Assembly: GCA_029262065.1 (NCBI GenBank)
Contig: JAJDAC010000041.1
Span: 1,430 to 65,429, forward strand
Source: Candidatus Krumholzibacteriota bacterium
Lineage (GTDB): Bacteria; Krumholzibacteriota; Krumholzibacteriia; JAJRXK01
DNA length: 64,000 bases
Reading direction: 5' to 3'
The stretch's first letter is position 1, and every line of letters starts with the position of its first letter. A program made the position numbers and the translations under genes. The notes beneath the pieces were generated by a model that saw nothing but the letters and a program-made list of their open reading frames with translations, searched no databases and was not told the DNA's origin. Below are positions 60,150 to 64,000 of the stretch, in pieces.

Positions 60150-60180
60150 CAGCCTCCCGTTAGTCGCGGGAGGCTGTTTT
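60150..60180 (+). terminator. Intrinsic terminator overlapping the stop of the convergent gene
   Basis: CAGCCTCCCG-TTAGTCG-CGGGAGGCTG-TTTT. Confidence 0.7.
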
Positions 60181-61383
60181 CGTTTGGAGTCGCTGCTCTA
60201 GGTGCCCGACTACTCCGGCCACCTGCTCCTGGATTCTCTGCATCAGGAACTGATTGTTCCGCCCGTAGCTCTTCGCCCCAAGAATGAAGAATCCCGGCTC
60301 GGGGTTCACCAGCAACTCCGGCCCGCCCGACTCGATCGTCAAGCAGTCCCCACCCGATTGCGCCAACAACGAGGCCGCCATTTTCATGGGCCCCGAGGTA
60401 GCCCAACACTCGTGGACCTGCAGCTCCGCGTAGAGATCCCGATCGGGGACGTAGCCGATCATGGCAAACACATGACCCACTTCGATCGTGGAATCGATCT
60501 TCCCCTTACGGGCAAGGTGCACAGCCAGGGTGTTGCCGTCTTCGTCAATGCGATCGATCTTGGCAACGGTGGCCTCTGGGTGGAACCGCATCCACGCGGG
60601 CGGTTCGGTCGCCAATCGGTTGGCCAATCGGCCCAGTTCTTCTCGATACGGCAGCGGATCGTCGTCCGCCACGGCCACGGGCGGCGGGGAAGTCGACACG
60701 ACCCAGTCCACGGTGAGCGGTGTACCCGCGTCGGCCAGGCGCTGGCACTGCTCGAGCATGGTGCAGGCGGAATAGCCAGCCCCCACGATCAGAAGCCGCT
60801 GGTCCTGCCAATGCTCGGCCTGGTCGGTCAGATCGATGGGATGGTAGTGGATGTGTTCGGATGCTCTGCGTTCGCCAACCGCTGGCGTCCCGCCAGGGCC
60901 CATCCACCGGTGCCGACCGTACGCGCCCGATGCATCGACCACGCTTCTGGCAAAAAACTCGATCTCGGCGCGCTTGCCATCTTCCACCAGCAGGCGGAAT
61001 CGTAGATCGGCGCGCCGCGCGTCGCCAATCAGCCGATTCTTGTAGGAACCTTCGCGACCAATTCCAACGACGGTTCGAAACGGAAGGATACGATCCCCCA
61101 ACGTTTCCGCGATGGGCTGCAAATAGGTGTCGGCCAACTCGCGGCCCGTCATGAGTTTCTCGAGCGCCACGCCCGCGGTATCTGAAGCCTTCCGCCCCAA
61201 CTCCGAAGTGTTCATCGACCAGGGCGAGAACAACTCCACGAAACCCCACTCGCGCACGTGAGCCGCCACCGCACCCTTCTCCAAAATGAGAAAGTCCAGG
61301 CCGCGCTCCTGCGCCACCAGGCCCATTTCCAGTCCAGCGGGGCCGGCGCCGACGATGATCAAGTCATAGGTTCGCTCACTCAC
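60160..61383 (-). CDS. FAD/NAD(P)-dependent flavoprotein monooxygenase-like oxidoreductase (type seen near ars genes)
   Basis: GAGPAG, WGFVELFSPW, VDASG, VGAGYSA, LGAKSYGR; abuts arsM with no gap. Confidence 0.75.
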   Translation of the reverse strand: MSERTYDLIIVGAGPAGLEMGLVAQERGLDFLILEKGAVAAHVREWGFVELFSPWSMNTSELGRKASDTAGVALEKLMTGRELADTYLQPIAETLGDRILPFRTVVGIGREGSYKNRLIGDARRADLRFRLLVEDGKRAEIEFFARSVVDASGAYGRHRWMGPGGTPAVGERRASEHIHYHPIDLTDQAEHWQDQRLLIVGAGYSACTMLEQCQRLADAGTPLTVDWVVSTSPPPVAVADDDPLPYREELGRLANRLATEPPAWMRFHPEATVAKIDRIDEDGNTLAVHLARKGKIDSTIEVGHVFAMIGYVPDRDLYAELQVHECWATSGPMKMAASLLAQSGGDCLTIESGGPELLVNPEPGFFILGAKSYGRNNQFLMQRIQEQVAGVVGHLEQRLQTKTASRD

Positions 61384-62352
61384 CTAGCAACAACCTCCGC
61401 CGTCGTAGAAATAGGTGGAATCGGTCACGAGAATATCGCCACGCTCCAACGCTTCGAACTGGCCGGCCGTCTTGTCACACACCGACAGGGGAATGTCCCG
61501 CTGCATGATGTGCCCGGCGCCATCATCGAAGTGTTCGTCTTCACCAAAGTAGATGGCCGTTTTTCCGGTGAACACACAGGGACCGTCGGCGGGCGTGGGA
61601 TCCTTGATGGCCGCAACCTCCAAAGATTCGAGCAGCAGGGGCTCGTCCAGACCGTGCCGCTTGGGATCCAGATACCGATACGGCCGCCGCGCGCGGATTT
61701 CGATGGTACCAAAGCCAGCGTCGGTCAGCGCGTCGACGTAGTCCTGGTACGTTTGTGATCCCGAGACACACATGGCGCGCAGAATCTCGTTCTTGCGCAA
61801 AGCCTCAGGCATGGGTCGCGGCGTGATGGGGTCAGACAGGACCAAGCGCCCGTGGGGGCGCAGAACCCGGTACATCTCGGCAATCGCGGTTCGCAGATCG
61901 TCCATCTCGAAGATGTTGAACAGGCAGTTCTGGGCGGCTACGTCGACCGAACTGTCTTCCACCGGAAGGTGCAGGGCATCGCCGGCTCGAAGTTCGACGA
62001 AGTCGGGCGAGAACCAGTCGTTGGTGGCCGCCGCCTCCACGAAGTTGTCGCGACAGGCATCTATCATCTCGGGCACCGCGTCGATTCCAATGACTCCGCC
62101 CGGTTTACGCGAGAAGTACGAGAACTGCAGCAACTCCATGCCACCACCAACTCCTACATATAGAACGGTGGGGCTGTTGGTAAGATCGCGATGATGCACC
62201 GTGGACCCACACCCGTAGTTCATTTCCAGCATGCGGTCGGGAATGGTGAGACCGGGAAATTTCCAGATGGGTGAGGTGGTGCAACAAAGGCCCACATCGG
62301 GGACTTCGGCCGCTTTGCGGTAGAAATCGTGGGTGGTTTCGAGGTAACTCAA
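61384..62352 (-). CDS. arsM: Arsenite S-adenosylmethionine methyltransferase (arsenosugar-pathway type)
   Basis: GLCC, NYGCGS, VGVGGG, AQNCLFNI, RAMCVSG, VCDKTA, terminal GGGCC; TTG start at 62352. Confidence 0.85.
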   Translation of the reverse strand: MSYLETTHDFYRKAAEVPDVGLCCTTSPIWKFPGLTIPDRMLEMNYGCGSTVHHRDLTNSPTVLYVGVGGGMELLQFSYFSRKPGGVIGIDAVPEMIDACRDNFVEAAATNDWFSPDFVELRAGDALHLPVEDSSVDVAAQNCLFNIFEMDDLRTAIAEMYRVLRPHGRLVLSDPITPRPMPEALRKNEILRAMCVSGSQTYQDYVDALTDAGFGTIEIRARRPYRYLDPKRHGLDEPLLLESLEVAAIKDPTPADGPCVFTGKTAIYFGEDEHFDDGAGHIMQRDIPLSVCDKTAGQFEALERGDILVTDSTYFYDGGGCC

Positions 62353-62533
62353 GCGATGCTCCGAGTCAGGAGGGCGGGGGATAGCTGTGGCGATTGTACG
62401 ATACCCATCGGCCAAGCGTGACCCCTACTCACCGCAGGTGGAACCCAGAACCGACCCCTGGTGTACCAGCCCGACCGGGGTGGGGCTAACCCCCGAAGCG
62501 CCCCCTGACCCCATATCTCAGGAGAGAGCGAAC

Positions 62534-63817
62534 ATGCGATTTGCCAAGGTACCCAACCCCCTGGGCCCTATTGCCGTATCGGGCCTGGTACTCACACTGG
62601 CGGCGGCCGCCTCGGTCCAGGCCAACTGGCAGGGCCAGGAGGTCGACAAGGACGGCGTGACGCACGTCATGAACCCCGCGATCGGTATGAGCGAAGACCG
62701 CACGCTGGGGCAAAAGCTTCTGTGGGAGGTGACGGCCGACGAGCAGGAGGTACTGATCGGTCGCGTGGCCGAGATCGTGGCCGACGATGAAGGTAACTCC
62801 TACGTGCTCGACAACCAACTCAGCGAGGTCCACGTCTTCTCTCCCGAGGGAGAGTACATCCGTTCGATCGGTCGCGAGGGCGAGGGGCCGGGCGAGTTCC
62901 GCATGCCCATGAACATGTTTCTCCTGAAAGACGGTTCCGTGGGCGTGGTACAGATGAGCCCTGGCAAGTTGGCCATGATGGACAAAGAGGGCACCCCACT
63001 TGGTGACCTGGAACTACCCGTGGGCGAGGGCGGCTCCCCCCCCATGCTTCTCAACGCCGGCTCGGGAGGAGACAACATCGTCGTCCAGCTCACCGAACAC
63101 GGGTTCGACGGCACCACGGTGCGCACCAAGAACTCGCTACTCTCGCTGGCACGAGACGGCAGCGTGTTGGGAGCATATTTTACTGATGAGACCGAACAGA
63201 AGATGGAGTCCAGTGGTGGCGGCATTTCCATCACGATGGACTCGTCGGCCATGGGTGAATGGAGCGCGGGACCAAACGGTACCGTGTTCCGCTCTCCCCA
63301 CCGTAACCAGTACCTGATCGAGCAATTTGCGGCTGACGGCACACTCGAGCGCATCATCGAACGTGAGTTCGAATCGCGCAAGCGTACCGAGGAAGAGTTG
63401 GAAGAAATTCGCAAACAGAACGAATCCATGCGCGAGCGTTTCGGCGGAGGACCTTCCCGGCCAGCCGAAACCACCAACCGGGACATCGCCGAACTGCATC
63501 CTCGCGCCGATGGCTCGCTGTGGGTCCTGACCAGCTACGGCGACAACGACAACCCAGAAAACACCATGGGCGTGTTTGACGTATTCGATCCCCAGGGGCG
63601 CTACGAGGGCCAGGTAACCGTGCCCGCGCAGTACGATCCCGACGACGATCGCCTGTTCCTACGGGGAAACCGCCTGTACATCGTAAGAAACGGTCTCGAC
63701 GCAATGCGTTCGGGCGGCGGCGGAATGATGATCGTCGTGGGTCCCGGCGGAGGCGAGGAAGACGACGACGACGAGCCCGCGGAGCTCAGTATCGAGTGCT
63801 ATGAATTGACGAACTAG
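62534..63817 (+). CDS. Secreted 6-bladed (NHL-like) beta-propeller protein
   Basis: Signal peptide, YVLD.Q..VHVFSPEG.YIRSIGREGEGPGEF..P, FDVFDPQGRY; AGGAG RBS. Confidence 0.8.
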   Translation: MRFAKVPNPLGPIAVSGLVLTLAAAASVQANWQGQEVDKDGVTHVMNPAIGMSEDRTLGQKLLWEVTADEQEVLIGRVAEIVADDEGNSYVLDNQLSEVHVFSPEGEYIRSIGREGEGPGEFRMPMNMFLLKDGSVGVVQMSPGKLAMMDKEGTPLGDLELPVGEGGSPPMLLNAGSGGDNIVVQLTEHGFDGTTVRTKNSLLSLARDGSVLGAYFTDETEQKMESSGGGISITMDSSAMGEWSAGPNGTVFRSPHRNQYLIEQFAADGTLERIIEREFESRKRTEEELEEIRKQNESMRERFGGGPSRPAETTNRDIAELHPRADGSLWVLTSYGDNDNPENTMGVFDVFDPQGRYEGQVTVPAQYDPDDDRLFLRGNRLYIVRNGLDAMRSGGGGMMIVVGPGGGEEDDDDEPAELSIECYELTN

Positions 63818-64000
63818 CCAACACTTCGCGGAGAATGGTCGTGACGCTGGCGGTGGTGATGGGCTTGGGCATGTACGAATCCATGCCCGCCGCCAGGCAC
63901 GCTTCTTCGTCGGCCTTCAGGGCGTGAGCGGTCATGGCCACGATGGGCGTGTGTTCGCCCGTCGTGGCCTCTTCTTCGCGCAACCGCCGCGTCATCTCCA
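63786..64000 (-). CDS. C-terminal receiver domain of a (hybrid) response regulator, 5' truncated by window edge
   Basis: PIVAMTAHAL..DEEACLAAGMDSYMPKP. Confidence 0.85.
   Translation of the reverse strand, partial: EMTRRLREEEATTGEHTPIVAMTAHALKADEEACLAAGMDSYMPKPITTASVTTILREVLASSSIHSTRY

Overview
GC-rich bacterial chromosomal window with about 53 CDS and no rRNA, tRNA, CRISPR array or transposase that I could see. Secreted proteins ending in FlgD-Ig/T9SS-like domains or a 'PV.T...SFG..RARF' tail suggest an FCB-superphylum lineage such as Krumholzibacteriota/Latescibacterota/Eisenbacteria (inference). Most genes are envelope and housekeeping functions (MoxR-DUF58-vWA, MscS, CobB, PepF, PhhA, MalQ, Bfr, tricorn protease, MATE, SthA). 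Highlights: (1) a tightly linked Omp85 barrel + secreted atypical kinase-like protein + ATP/ADP translocase-like carrier + MscS operon, divergent from a secreted metallophosphoesterase and a DMT-like transporter, a candidate ATP-fuelled periplasmic phosphorylation system; (2) an AhpD-like selenoprotein split by an in-frame UGA (CxxU) with a clear SECIS-like hairpin; (3) three copies of a ~130-bp palindromic element whose arms co-vary within each copy; (4) three apparent pseudo-enzymes; (5) a GTCACA-N15-CGACC putative ECF promoter found three times around duplicated lipoproteins; (6) dispersed arsenic modules (arsI-sigZ; arsM-flavoprotein). Family assignments come from motif recognition by eye; no database searches were run, and several start codons are my estimates.
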